Below, one piece after another: positions 50,138 through 64,000 of a stretch of DNA of 64,000 bases. This DNA comes from Botryllus schlosseri (Eukaryota). A model generated the notes under the pieces. That model ran no database searches, was not told the origin of the DNA, and saw nothing but the letters and a program-made list of their open reading frames with translations. Every line of letters begins with the position of its first letter. Position 1 is the stretch's first letter. Where the stretch lies: contig CM119371.1 of NCBI GenBank assembly GCA_051294905.1, positions 11,222,001 through 11,286,000 on the forward strand. The letters run 5' to 3'. A program made the translations under genes and the position numbers.

Positions 50138-51504
50138 CTTTATATACGCTATTTTGTCACCCGTGCATTTACGTTAGTATCCTGACCCTGATTTGTATAG
50201 GACTAGTAATCAGTGTCGATCATTATTTTCCCATGTGCCTCTTATGTATTTATACAATGTACACCTTGATCAGCACGAATGGCAGCGACCTGCTATATGA
50301 AAAATTTATCGTTATATTCCCCACCTTTGCTAGTGATTCTGGCTTCTCTTCATTATATGCGAAAACATCGTTTACTCACAGACAGAGAAATATCAAAACA
50401 TATATATTGCAACGCACCAGTGTTTGAGACTTATAGATGCATTTCTTCTTGATTCGTCTGGTCAAGGGTAAATATATTGTATTTGTATTGGAAGTTCACC
50501 ACACGTGTATATTTACCCATCAAACAGAAAACATATTAAATATATTTTTAATATATCTCTCACGAGTTGAAAATATATCCTGCAATTACGTACGTAAGAT
50601 ATACATTTGTCGAAAGAAATGGATATCTTAAAGAAGTCTTGGAAATATGTCTCGAAGATATCCTGATAGACATCCTCAATAACAGTGCAAGTCTTGTGGG
50701 GGGGGGGGGATTATTTCAACAAGAAGTTCCGGGTGAAGGGAAGCATGGATTCGAAGTGTAACTATACGTGTTTGCTATCAAGTTGATCAGATATTCAGTA
50801 CATAACGCCGCCATTTTATTTTCAAAGGGTCTGGAGGGGCCGCAGCCAACCTCCCCCTGTAGGGTTTGCCAGGGTGTCTATGTGGTGTCTATGTCTTTGT
50901 GGTGAGTGCGTAATGTCACCACCATCGTGTCAATTGAATGTGGCAGACTTCTTCGAATTCTTGTTCTGGTGCAAATGCACCCTACTTTCGACATATTTGA
51001 AGTGTGATATGTGACCAACATGGTACCACCTAATATCCATCCGGGATGGGCTTTTTTCCGTAGTACGTTTGATTCCGACAGATATAATTTACAGACCCGC
51101 GGGGCTCATGCGCGTTGGGACCTCAAGTCTAATTACAATGCAGCCGCATTGGAGGCGGATTCTGAATTTATTCAACAGTCGGATTTTAGCCCGATTTTTC
51201 TATTATAATTATGACGTGATTTTGACAGGAGTTTTTCGGACACAGAATACGAAATTAACCAGCCGGATTATTCGTACTTTCAAATCGCCAACTGGAGCCG
51301 CATAGATTCGGATTCCAAAATTTGGGAATCCGACGATCTCTAGGGTTGGAATCCGACTGCGTAATACCAAATACACTAATAGTCCAAATTCATTGGAGGC
51401 TTTATTAAATGCTCTGCACCGAAAGCAACGGATGTGACGGAGCGCAATGATGCGACCTGAAGTTTGTCCTGCAAAACAGCGCAAAGCATCGTGAAACTAG
51501 GTGT

Positions 51505-52310
51505 GTGAGAGAGAGAAAGAGAAAGAAAGAGAGAGAATATTTATTCGTATACATTACATATCAACATAACACTACAAAAATGTAACAGTGAAATGCGACA
51601 TGCAATGTAGACGGGAGGCTCGATATGACATAGTCTTACGAGCCGAGCCACCCGGGACAGGAGCAATTTTCACAGTCGATAACTAATAAATAAAAAATAA
51701 AATTAAAATAAACTAACGAACGTAAGGAAAAATAAGACACAGTATCATGGACCAATTCGAAATACAATGAAAATACAATTTAGCGGTAGTTAGAGATAAG
51801 AGAATGAAAACATTGTTTTTTGAAAGCACAAGAGTCTAAATTGCGGAGATTAGGTGGCAGCTTATTCCAAACATTGACAGCAATAAAACTGATTGAATTT
51901 TGTACTAGACTAGCAGAGTGGTGTTGCACTAACAGAGACAAGTTAGAAGAGAATCAGGTATGATGTTGGTGGGTATCTGAAGGCATCTTGAACGGGATTA
52001 TCAAAATATAGGGGCAGTTCACCCTGATGATAGCTATGCATAAATTTCATTACCTCAAATTTGAAAATACCTTCCACTTTCAATATACTAACGCTTCGAT
52101 GCATGCTATTACAATTTTCATATCTAGATTTCCGACAGAGAATTCGTATGGCTCGGTTTTGCAAGACTTGCAATTTCTGCAGATGTTTTTTCGCAGCAGG
52201 TCCCAAAACTAGGATCCAATTGAAACATTCGGTAGTGACACTTATGGTGACTTATCAGTTATCACTTTATAACAGTAAAAAATCAACTGTACATAAACCC
52301 ACTTTACCAT
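51505..52310 (-). mobile_element. CR1/L2-group LINE 3' fragment
   Basis: GPAAKKHLQKLQVLQNRAIRIL..ILKVEGIFKFEVMKFMHSY is typical post-RT sequence; simple-repeat tail at about 51507-51539. Confidence 0.75.
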
Positions 52311-52849
52311 AACATGAAACAATAACCGAATTTGATTCCTCACAAATCTATTTTCAGCATTCGACAAAATTTGGTCAAGAGAAATATATATTTAGGTTGT
52401 GCTACAGCACGAGGTATGTACAAGATATGACTTTGGCATAACTGGACAAGAAATAGATATCCTATCTTGTTCAAATATGTCTATTGTTTGCTGGGTACAA
52501 AGGTATCCGCGCGTGGCGGTGCGATGAGAGCACGATGTGATTGGAGTCAACATGTGCAGGTTGTCGTTTCGGTAAATCACATATGTCGTGAGAATATTTT
52601 GCATATGCCGGATATACCCACCGAAGTGATAAATGTTTCGATTTATATTTAGCACACACTGAGTAAGTGCGAATATGTTCAAGTATTTGTTTGGCAAAAT
52701 CACATATGTCGCGAGAACATTTTGTTTGCATAACCATTGAACGATTGCCAATCATCTCTTCCTTGTGGTGTGATACTACGGTGATAAAACATCTGTCTGT
52801 GATCGTGCGATGATTCACGGCAATGGCATTTCGACAGGCAACGTAATAT

Positions 52850-53173
52850 CAGGGTTACCATATTTTGGGAACGTGAATGGAGGACACTTTTAAAAAAAAT
52901 CAGACTTACAATACCGGAGTAAAATCCCGAAGAATTGGTAAACTTATTCCGAGTTTGTAAAAAGGTCATATTTCCGACACAACTCACGAAATACCCACCG
53001 GACCGTTACTTAAGTACTTACTTCCTACAGCTAAGTTGAATTTTCACATACATTTAACCAAAATTTAAAAAAGAGAGCACGAATTTTCAAAACATAGGAC
53101 ATTTGGACGTCCTCCGAGGACACTTTCAATAAAGAGGATAAATCCTCTTGAAAGAGTACATATGGTAACCCTA
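52850..53173. mobile_element. hAT-type MITE
   Basis: TIR CAGGGTTACCATA / TATGGTAACCCTA; TSD CGTAATAT/CGTAACAT. Confidence 0.75.
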
Positions 53174-55997
53174 CGTAACATGGTCGTGAACTCCAATTAC
53201 GACGACCTTCGCTTTCCACTCTGGGAAACTCATCACAGCGATCGTCATCCAGCGCTATGAAAGAGGTGGCCGGGAAACACCAACTTAATTTTTTTCTGAT
53301 CTGACTGTCATTATATTCCCTGACGCCAGTGTCAGTGAGACATGCAGTCAAATAGCATATCATATATTCAATTTTTAGTCACGATCAAGTCATCAAATAT
53401 TTTTATTTTGTTTCGCATAGATAAATGCGTATAGATGACTGAATTCAGGTACATATTCTGTATGCTAGACATCGTATACTTCACAACCTTGGTGACATGG
53501 CTTTTCAAGGTTGTATATTGCGACATCAGTAACGAGTTATGTAAGTGCTTAGCATTGCCGTATCATGCTAAATATTGCACAGTTTTATGTAAGAACAGAT
53601 TCCTGGAGGTGCAGAACTTCAATATACAATTGGATAGTATAATCATACTGAAATGAACCCGAATATTTTCGGCTGACACTCGTCAGGGGTAATCGTCTGC
53701 AATTAGTAGAGAAATCAAATGAACATCGTATATCAACAATAGTATTACAATATATGACGTCACCAGCATGAAATGTCGAATACGAGAGCGTCCAATGTAT
53801 TATATTCAGATGGTTAATGAATTCTCTTTGTTGACACAGCCTTGGCTGGTGTATTTTGATAACAGTCGACTACAAGGCACATAAATGAAAGTATGAACGC
53901 CCCCTTCCGACGACGCGAAATCTGTCGTCTCGATAATCTTTCGCACAGGCGGGATTGTCGGGCTCTGCTATTCACAATTGAAAAATAACGAAATAACTCC
54001 TTGTCATTGGGGACCTTATTTTCGAAGACATCAGGCAAAAGCGAACATGTGCATTTTTCACCCTTTCCACAGATTGGAGCCTCCGGGACCTTTGTGTCAC
54101 CTCTCAAAAACGATTTCTGTCAGGAAGCATTTTTCACTCGCGGAAAATACGCTGTATTTTGGGTAGGAATGCAGAACAGTTAAATATCTGGCCATCCAAG
54201 CAATAGTAGACGTCATTGTACAGAAAATAGAGTTGCCTTTTTAATGATCGGGACACTTGATGGCCTGAGGCAGGGTTGGGCAATTATTTGTCGCCGCGGG
54301 CCAAATGACAAGCTGAAAATACGTTGCCAGGCGGAGTCTAAAATTCAAGCCATGTTCTCTAGTGAATTATTTTATTTCTAAATTGAATGAAGTTAATTAC
54401 ACTGCTACTAAATACTGCTGAGTGGATGTGTTAATATTTGGGTATGATAAAGTGATGATAAATTACAAAATAATATATTTATTTGCCGTCATGTTTCGGA
54501 ACAATGTTAAACATGATACATTTTGAACTCCCTTTAAACATCTATCTGCGTTTTTCTGTCTAGACATTAAAATGTATTTGGGATACTACCAGGGCCGAAA
54601 CAGTACTTCGCAGGATTATAATCAAACTTTTGGGTGGCTCCACCAACCAGAATCCTCTTCGCGACAAGCCTTTTTACCACTACCAGTAAGGCACGCATCA
54701 CTGTTATAGCGGTCCTGTGATGTATGTGATCTCGCCATGCACGAAAATTTCCCATATTCGGAATAGAAATTTTTCTATAAGATCGGTAATTGTATAAAAT
54801 GTATTTAATTTTTCATACCCTCTCTTAGTCCACGTGATAAGATTTGCAGGCAGAGCTGAAGGGTTGGCGCGGGACTATTCCGCGCCAATGGACAATCGAC
54901 AGTTGCCATGATATATATTAATGGTCTCGGTCAACATACGGCGGTCATATTCAGGAAGTCGCGTGTTGGCCGAAACTTCAGAAGTCTTGGTGTGTCGTGG
55001 AGCGGCAATCGCCGGCACTAAAATACCTATTTTTTTAATGATGTGTATTTTTTCTTGGGGTACGGACGGTTTTCGGAGTGGACATTCAAGTACAGTATAT
55101 CGCGCCCAGCAAGAAGAAAGTTTTGAAGTTGTAAGAAATCTCATACAAAACACTCTAAAACTTTTATAGATTATCGTAACAATTTTGGGCCCGCCTTCGA
55201 GCTCGCCCCCAATTGGGGTGTTTGGTGCGCGGCAGTTACGTCTCCGGATACTACAACGCTTATCGTGTGCCTTCCGAAAAGTGAGCAGCTTGCGAAATAG
55301 CCTTGATGTTGAGCGAATGTCACAGTTCTACTGAAATCAACCCTCCCTTGGCCGAGTGTATGTCTTCGTATTTTTGTCATGAAACAGACTCAAATTATAC
55401 TTCTTGAAGATGGGATCTGTTCGGGACTAACTAACTAAAAAGAAAGGTTTACCTGTGAATCAAGTAAACAAATATTTAGTTCTCAAAACCTTCTTTGAAT
55501 TTCAGCTTCCAACTTTCTTTTTTGACATGCTCGTTCATCCTTTATCGGTGATGATAACACATGTAATCAATGGCACTGATTGACTTGTTTTGCGAATTAG
55601 GGTTTTATAAACGTAACACGTAACAATTTGAAGCACAGACAGTGTAATGCAGGGGCAGGCAACTTCTCCAGTCGGCGGGCCGGATATGGGTAAATTAAAT
55701 ACTTGGCGGGCCCGATTGCCGAATCGAAACGTTATTCGCACATTTATGCACATATACAAGGAATAAATCGTATTTAATGAGTGTATTTTAACGACAGCAA
55801 TGTAACTTCAAAGCCTTTTCTCGCCAATAATGACGAAGACAATGTGGATTTGAGAACAGCATTGTCATACAGGCACCACCATGTTTGCTTCTCTCTGATC
55901 AATCAACACACGGTGCAATCCTTAATTAAGATTTCAAGGCGTTCGATAAGCCCGGTACCACAAATTCACCAATATATCTCTTCATTAGGGTTTAGTA

Positions 55998-56769
55998 CAG
56001 GAGTGGCCAACCTCTCTGCCATTCACGGCCGCATTTCGACTACTCATGCAGCCTATACGGCCGCATTCCAGGGCATAGTCGTAATGAACTTTCTGGGCGC
56101 CAAATACACATGTTAAAGTCTCTATGTCCTTTTCCGGTGAACTCCGGACTTATCGATTTAATCACATAGGCTTACTATACGCACCGACTTCGCGAGTGTC
56201 ATGTCATGGGCCGCTCCAAATCGCGCCATGCGCGAAAATATTTTACGATTCATCTATGAATTTCGTCATAAATAATAATATTTTTCATATTATTTCTCAT
56301 CCCATGTCATGAGATTCAACTTTAGATTTGATGGGGGTGGTGTTTTTCGAAAATTTAGGAATGGATAAAAATGATGATGAATCTTCGGGTGGGCCAATTG
56401 TAATTAGTCACTTTGTTGCATGCTGTTATTTCTTGACCTACCATCAAGATTATCCAAATAGTGAGGAGTACAAGACTCCGAGTTGGTACTTCTATATGAG
56501 GCGCATCATTTTCATCTGGTGTTCACGTCTGTACTCTGGGGCTATGATTGCAAAGGGTGCCACTATAATAAAATCGATAAACGAAGTCACATTGGATCGC
56601 GCGCAGCGCGAAGAAAATTTTATGATTAATTAGGATCTCTCAAAATATCGTGACTCAATTTGTAAATTCAAATTGCATGTCGACGGCCACCAACACATAC
56701 GGTTCTAATTGAATTACTTTTCCACCGTCGCACAAATTTCTCTTCTACGGCCGCAGGTTGGCCACCCTG
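55998..56769. mobile_element. hAT MITE within a cluster of Charlie-type ends (about 54270-57275)
   Basis: CAGGAGTGGCCAACC / GGTTGGCCACCCTG; perfect TSD GTTTAGTA. Confidence 0.8.
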
Positions 56770-59130
56770 GTTTAGTAGGTGACGAGATATAGCGTGGTTG
56801 TTCAACTGTGTGGCCTAATTTATCTCGATATTGAATTCATGCGGCCCGCGGCCTCTACGACATTTGAAAGTGGCCCACGATCCGTTTCGAGTTGGTGACC
56901 CCTGGTATAAGCGATGTCTTACAAAAGCATAGAAGTGTGCCGTGTGCTACAAGTCGACGGTTACGGAATCAAAAATATGAAATATCGGCCTAGTGTAAAT
57001 GACAATTGTAGTCGACAAACATGATTACCACAAATGACATAAGGGTTGAGCACATCATAAATGCCCATAATGCAAGTCTTCTCGCTTCGATCAACTTACG
57101 AGTGAGCACCAATCTTCCCTCACTGCGCAGTTCGCATACATGTGTATAATAACATACAGTCACTAAAATTTGACGTTCACGCAAGTAGTGGGGAATCTCT
57201 GAATACCGGGGCCGCGGGTCACATTATCATGTAAGACGGAAAACTGTCCGCGGGCCGTATGTTGCCCGCCCCTAGACTGTAATGCGTAATGAGACAATGG
57301 CAACAAAGATGGTTTGGTGACTTCTTGTGACTTCAACTGTTACGACATAATTTGTTATGTCTACTTTATTTTGATTCCGGATTGCGCGTGGGAGGTACGT
57401 AGGCGGCGTAAATGCAGCATACCGCTTAGAATAGATCCACGCGGGTCGCATTTTTCCGAGGTCTGACCTAAAGTATAACAGCCAATTTGTTGCACATCTA
57501 AACAGAATATATTCTCAAGTGTCTTCATCTTTGTTGTATAATAATTTTCGGTTGGTTTGTGCGAATGAAATGTATTTTAGAAACAAAGTGCGAATGGAAC
57601 TCAAAAAGTTGAAAAGCACTGGATTATATTATTATTATTGTTATCGAGACAGCGGATTCATGAGTAAGTTGTGGCAAACGCATTACTGGTGCCCGATGCT
57701 CGTGCTTGATTGAGATGTGGATAGGATGTTATCAAGAGCTGAGGTACCATTCTGCACTGACCTGAGGTGAGCCTTTGGCCGAGTTTGTTGCGCGTCAATG
57801 CCATTCTGTGCATCGTACCGACTATAACACGGCCGAAAGTTTTGTTTAGCAAATACAATCAGAGAGTGACTAACGTCATATGAAATCGACGTGAGTGCTT
57901 TCTGCATAGCGTCTATCCCGTATACTTCGTGAAAAATTGATTTGTCGTCTGTATATCAGATGTCGTGGTATGGCTATCGAAATTTCAAGGCTAACATGTT
58001 GGTTAAAAAATATCGAAACTATAATTCTCGTTGCAAATATCAATCGTAAGGCAATGTTCCCTCTAATTTTTGACAGGTCTGCGCACACTCACCAACTCAC
58101 TGCGCACACCCTTGGAAAACATTGCGTAACGACCAAAAAAAAAGGTCATCACTTCGGACTTTTTGTGCGCAACTTAGATTTTCTGTGCGCAGAGACCGCG
58201 AAAGCACTGTGCAATTGTGCACGTGCGCAGCTTAGAGGTAACATTGATCGTGAGTAATCGAAAATATCGTCTCTGACTACTCGACTAGAACCAATATTTT
58301 CAATACCCGATTCGACTTGCAGCACTCAAATCGTTACGTCTATTTACATGCAGCATGTCTTCCTGAAGTATAGGTCCAGAAGGGTATAATTTTGAGTCCC
58401 ATAGCGATTTTTTATTATTTATGTAATATTTTTTCAATTTCTGGCAACAAAAAAGTTAGCGACGCTTCGCACTATATCGTCAGATTCGATGCGCTTAAAT
58501 CGTTTGCAGCACCACCACGCTATTTTTCTAAATGTAAATTTCATCCGCGAAAAACAACGGACGGTTGTTAACTTAACGATTCAGAGTAATTCAATAACTG
58601 TAAACAAATGATTTATTAACGTTTTTGACCGCAAACCAAATCTGAGTGTTGATGGGATCTCGCTACCCAAGCCTCACATACCGAAAATAATACGTTTTGA
58701 TCTTAGTATGCTACGTTTTTACGTCATGTTTCACATAGAGAACGTGTAGACAATAGCAGCAGCTCTATGAAATATCAGCAGCAACAAAATCAAAAAATAT
58801 TCTATGAAACATGCCGGAAGCGCGCGATTTCAGATTGTAGTGCATTATTGTCCTCTGGGTGTCTCATTTATACTTTATTTGTACTACTCTCTACTCAGAT
58901 TGCCGGGATAGGACCATTCAGGGGTGACCATTTTGTCGACTTATATATCAATATCGAAGGTTTTGACCAATCAGCGATGGTCAATTTTGGCCAAGGTTTT
59001 TGTCGTCGCCTATAATTTTGCACCGCGCCGCTTAATGGCTACAGTACCCAACCTAGTGACTTCGAATGATCAGTTCTATAACCAGTTAGCGAGACACGTC
59101 CAGAAGTGAGTACAAATGCGACATCTAGAG

Positions 59131-59988
59131 CAGTGGTTCTCAACCGGGGGTCCGCGAACCCCTGGGGGTCCACGAAGCCTTGAAATAGTTCATAACCTGA
59201 TTTGTATGTTTATTTTAATTCGGAAAATCACGAGGCAGTTTCTCTTCATTACTAGTAAAACTCCAGAGCACACATCAACAGAATGGCCGTCTGGGATGAA
59301 ATATCCTACTGTGCAGACTCATTTTAATTGCTAAATTGCCAACAGCCTACTGATACAAACATTTTGCTGTTTAAAGATGCTTTGTTGGGGACTGTGGAGC
59401 AAAAGTTCGATGAGTATGGTCACTGGTCAGTCACGGTGACTTCGAAATTTTTACAAAAATCCATTTTCTACTGTGATATGCACAACCATTTTTTCCATGA
59501 TAACTGCTGCTAGATAGAAATGACCAGGCTTGATGTTATATGTTTATTAAAAATAAAACTGTTTGTCACTTATAGTGCCATATTTGTTGCGATCATACCA
59601 AAATATGCCTTCGGAAGTGTTAAGCGTCATCATTACATTCACCACCACCTATATTTGTGGAAATGGATTTTCAGCACTCGTTCATATCAAATCGAAAGAG
59701 CGGATTTTCAAGACACGACACTGTATCCCAAGAAATGCACTTGTAGAATTCACTTTGAAATAATGGAAGTCAACCCAATTTCTATATAATTAGTAGACCT
59801 ATGATCTTATTTTCAAGAAAAGTCATTTTTGTTACTGTTTATCACTAAACCAACAGCGATCACTTGCACAAGACAGATGACGATTGCACGATAATTGAGC
59901 TAAATTTGATCAAACATTCCTTGGGGGTCCGCGGGATCCGTGACGATCCAAAAGGGGTCCTCGAAGACAAAAAAGTTGAGAACCACTG
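59131..59988. mobile_element. hAT (Buster/Charlie) non-autonomous element
   Basis: TIR CAGTGGTTCTCAAC; TSD ATCTAGAG/CTCTAGAG; dimerisation-domain remnant FTTTYICGNGFSALVHIKSKER. Confidence 0.85.
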
Positions 59989-60049
59989 CTCTAGAGGAAA
60001 ATAATGCACCACAATTAGATATCGCTTGCCTCAGATATGTTTCATAGAG

Positions 60050-60489
60050 TAGGCTTACCATACGTCCTCTTTTAAGAGGATTTGTCCTCTTTTTTGACTT
60101 TATTGAAAATGTCCTCGGAGGACGCCCTTTTGTCCTCTTTTTTGAGATTTTGTTCTCTTTTTTGAAAATTTATGTCAGATTTAGAGCAAATTGCGAGTGA
60201 TATGCCGCAAATTAACACAGAAGTGAAGCTCCGACGGGTATTTCGGAGTGAAAACGGTGAATTTAGTTCTTAGCGAAAAGATGACCTTTTTTTTAGTCAT
60301 CCACCAGGCAATGTGGAGAGAGAAACGGTATTTTGAGCTCTGAGCGAAAAAGATGACTATTTTTTTTAGTCAACCGATTACAAAGTGGGAAAAAATTCAC
60401 CGGTTTTTGAGAATTCTTCTCCGGTTTTGCGAGTTTGAAATTTCTGAAAAAGTGACCTCTTTTTTGATTTCCAAAATATGGTAAGCCTA
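60050..60489. mobile_element. TAGGCTTACCATA-family MITE
   Basis: TIRs as in 44961-45405; TSD TCATAGAG/TCAAAGAG. Confidence 0.82.
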
Positions 60490-60829
60490 TCAAAGAGCTG
60501 CGTTGCGTGAAACTGTTGTCTGCGCGTTCTCTATGCCATACGTGCCCGTAAAAACGTAGCATACTAATATTAAAAATGTTTTTTTTTATCGATGTGAGAG
60601 GCTGGGATTGCGATGCGAGATGTCATTAAAACTCAAATTTTGGTCGCGGTCTAAAAGTTTAAAACCAATGTTATGGCGATTTGTGTCAACTTCTCTCACT
60701 AAACCAACTGTCTCGTTTAGTCAAAGATGGAGAAAAGAGAAAGGTCATATTCGTTTTCGCCTGCACCGTCAAGATGCATTAACGATGGAGATTCGATACG
60801 ACCGTATGGTCGTGTAGCCTAGTCTGCAT

Positions 60830-60986
60830 TCCCGTTTAATCTTCTCCATGTGATCCGTGTATGCTGAGCACCTAGCAGGATAGCCGCGGACACCAGTTTT
60901 TGAGTCTTTGGTCTGACCGGACCGGGTATCGAGCCAACGGTCTACAAGGAGCCGGACGAATCACCATTACACTATCTCGCTCGGTA
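60830..60986 (-). mobile_element. tRNA-derived SINE head
   Basis: Minus-strand A box TAGTGTAATGG (60964-60974) and B box GGCTCGATACC (60925-60935), followed by GGTCAGACCAAAGAC. Confidence 0.55.
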
Positions 60987-61185
60987 ACAAAAAAGGAAAT
61001 ATGTTTCCTGTCATGTTGGGCTGAGATTCGTCCCGTGGAGTCGAATATTAGACACGACTTGAGTTCTAGTGTTGCGTGAAAACGATTTCAGACATAATTT
61101 TATCATCCTTGCGCGTATTCAAGCGAGGAAAAACGGTAGCCCCAGTTGTAGGTGATCCTGCATTTTCAATTATATACAGCTAGAC

Positions 61186-63548
61186 CAGTGGTTCCCAACC
61201 TTTTTCGACTCATCGCCCCCTTTTGAAGCTCCACACCGATCATCGCCCCCCAAATATCGGGAAACTAAAAACAGCACTTCGTCACCCCCCAAACCCATCA
61301 GACAGTGGGCCTTTTGTCGCTACATATCAGCTATACCATATTTCATGTACTGTTTGGTGAGTCACCGTATTTCGCCTAAACGCGCGAAGCGAGACAAATT
61401 TATGTAATTCATGTTTGAATCGGTCAATATGGTCGGGAATTGCAAAAATATTGCTATCAATTTTTGGTCCTCTTTCTGCTCGCGTAATCAGATGTGGAGT
61501 GCTAGAAAAGGTAGGACCCCTAAATAATAATTAAACATCTTCGGGCGGAATCGTTAAAACGTACCAAACTAAAAGACGCACATGATTTCAAATCGGTATT
61601 TCTGTACTGGCAAATAATTTTTTCCTTGCGGGATGGCATTTGTCCTGTAGGGTTAAGTAGTCTTACCGTATTTTGGAAATCTAAAAAGAGGACACTTTTT
61701 CAGAAATTTCAGACTTGCAAAACCTGAGAAGAATTCTCAAAAACCTGTGAATTTATTTTTCCCACTTTGTGATCGGTTGACTAAGAAAAAAAAAGGTCAT
61801 CTTTCCGCTCAGAAATCAAAATACCGGTTTTTTCTCCAGATTAAAAAATAGGTCATCTTTTCGCTCAGAGCTAAAATCACCGTTTTTCACTCCGAAATAC
61901 CCGCCGGAGCTTCACTTCTGTGCTAATTTGCGGCATATCACTCGCAATTTGCTCTAAATCTGACCTAAATTTTCAAAAAAGAGGACAAAATCTCAAAAAG
62001 AGGACAAATAGGCGTCCTCCGAGGACACTTTCAAAAAAGTCAAAAAAGAGGACAAATCCTCTTAAAAGAGGACGTATGGTAAGCCTGGGTTAAGGTCGCC
62101 AGAACAGTGACATTCGACGTCAGCCATTGAGGCGCCTATGGACAATTAAACATATATGTATCTATATCGAAGTTGTCGGTCAGCACAAGGGCATTCCTTC
62201 TCGGCCAAGGCCTTCTCGCTGCTGATCGTTCTGGCACACTTCTCGGAGTCGCATGTTACATGGCGTCTAACTTCATGTGTCTTGGTGCGTCGTGGCGCAG
62301 TAATAGCCGACGCCGAAGTCTCCCATTCCCATAAATCATGAGTATTTTTGTTGGGTGACTGGTACCCCAAAATCAAGATATATGATAATACTAAATTGCA
62401 CGTAGCGCGAAAATTCTTTGAAAAAGTTGCATGAATTTCTAAAAGATTACTCTATAATAAATGTTGATTCACGAAATAATTTTGACCTCCCTCAAGTTTG
62501 GGCCCCCAACCCCAGTTGGGGAGTTTGGGATGCGGTAGTTACGGTCCCGACTCCAATATAGCCGCTTTAACGCACCATCGCCCCCTATCGCCCCCTTCGT
62601 CTGTTTTCGCCGCCCCCCATCGCCCCCTTCGTTATTTTCGCCCCCCTAGACCGCCAAATCGCCCACGTTGGGAACTTGGGATGGTGTGAACCTCTGAAAG
62701 GTTCAGGTTCGTGTGAACGCGAACCTTTTCGAAAGGTTCTGTGTGAACGCGAACGTGAACCTCATGACGTCACGTGACGTCATATTGCTAATTCCAACCC
62801 TACATTTCAGTGAAGTGCTATTTTAAGGTACACGATACCTAGCGACGACTCGGGTCACATAATGCCACGATGATGAAGTAGGTACTGACGTTTTAAACGT
62901 TGCCAAATGTATCAACTATGGGATAATCAAATATAATATAATATGTATCGATATTCTTATAAAATAAGTATCTTCCGTCGCTTTACCAACAATTTCGACG
63001 AGGTCTTGCAAGGGAATATAAGCTTACGCGTTAAAGGCTGGGCCCTAACGGACAATGTATTCGGCGTCCGAGTATTGCTACGTTGATATCGAGCAGAGCG
63101 TAAAACGGGTTTCTATACTTGCTACCGCTATCACCCTATTAACAAGTTACACGCAGTAGGCGACACCCCAATCTCACGGATTTGGTTTTTATGATACAAT
63201 AAACATATGATGAAATAAAGCTTGACCTCATACGCCTTCTTTTACATCAGACAACGATATCAATTTCATTGATTGGTTTCATAGGCATCATTCGCTGATT
63301 ACCGACGTAGCTATTAGCGTCGTAGCGTATTTCAATTTTCATGTTGTGTAATTGCGGGTCAAGCTCACAGCAGAGAAACACTAAATATTCACAAACGGAA
63401 AGTTGGAAAATTGTAAAACATGAAAAAGGTTCACAGAGCAGAACTTACCAAGGTTCGTTTGTGAACGTGAACCTCTAAATTTCTGAGGTTCACACCTAGA
63501 ACGCGAACGTGAACCTCACGTTCACACCATCCCTATTGGGAACCACTG
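61186..63548. mobile_element. hAT MITE hosting two other MITEs (61658-62086, 62676-63535)
   Basis: TIR CAGTGGTTCCCAAC; perfect TSD AGCTAGAC. Confidence 0.85.
62676..63535. mobile_element. Intact TAGGGATGGTGTGAAC-family MITE
   Basis: TIR T(T/A)GGGATGGTGTGAAC; perfect TSD TTGGGAAC; GTGAAC subterminal repeats. Confidence 0.85.
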
Positions 63549-64000
63549 AGCTAGACTCATTTTCAGCCTTAAGAATTACGAAGTCTCGGATAAAATTATC
63601 GTCCAATCCGAGGATATATTATTGCTAAAATCCTAAATTCGAGGCATTTTCCTAATTCAGATCAGACCCGACTATATTCTCAAATCGATATACTCTTATG
63701 TCAGCGCCGGCTCCGGAATTGGATAACGAGAATCTCTGATCGCCAAACTACTATTATCGTAACATCCGCTAGATGTCAGTATCTGAGTATATTTACTTCT
63801 CGATGTTGTCAGGTAATTATTGAAATAGGCCTATGTAACTGCCATTCAGAGAATCACGAATACGGTACGTGTGCGTGCCGTCATGACATCGTGTACTTCA
63901 TTTTGTTCCGCCTAATAAATTCCATCCTCGCCACGCCATTACATGCTTATTTTGTAAGTATTGCAGTTATACTTTTAACCTATACCTATAGGCTACTCCT

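Noticed and set aside
50590-50820. Minus-strand AAAATGGCGGCG start with coding-like sequence
   Set aside because: Interrupted by a stop and a homopolymer run; no identifiable domain.

Overview
Eukaryotic (animal) genomic DNA; the short ~50-nt introns and repeat types fit an invertebrate chordate such as an ascidian, but that is inference. Host content: two paralogous, spliced, minus-strand NACHT-LRR (NLR-like) modules in tandem (NACHT exons at 1942-3435 and 22644-24080) with small flanking exons and no recognisable CARD/PYD/DD. Most of the rest is transposon-derived. It includes a decayed THAP-DDE Kolobok transposon (5389-9762), a Chapaev-type fossil, and many nested hAT-type MITEs with readable 8-bp TSDs. 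It also includes a young Ty3/Gypsy (Mag-like) LTR retrotransposon (30718-35070), a broken I-group LINE, a CR1/L2-type 3' fragment, two tRNA-type SINEs and a long palindrome. Most notable: the Gypsy element has no tRNA primer-binding site, but a 12-nt PBS perfectly complementary to an Inr-containing stretch of its own LTR. This is a Tf1-like self-priming architecture in a non-chromovirus, and its RT motif is YLDN. Its pol is broken by a 113-bp templated copy of its own 3' flank plus a 52-bp duplication. Exon boundaries and alignments were read by eye; nothing was run against databases.
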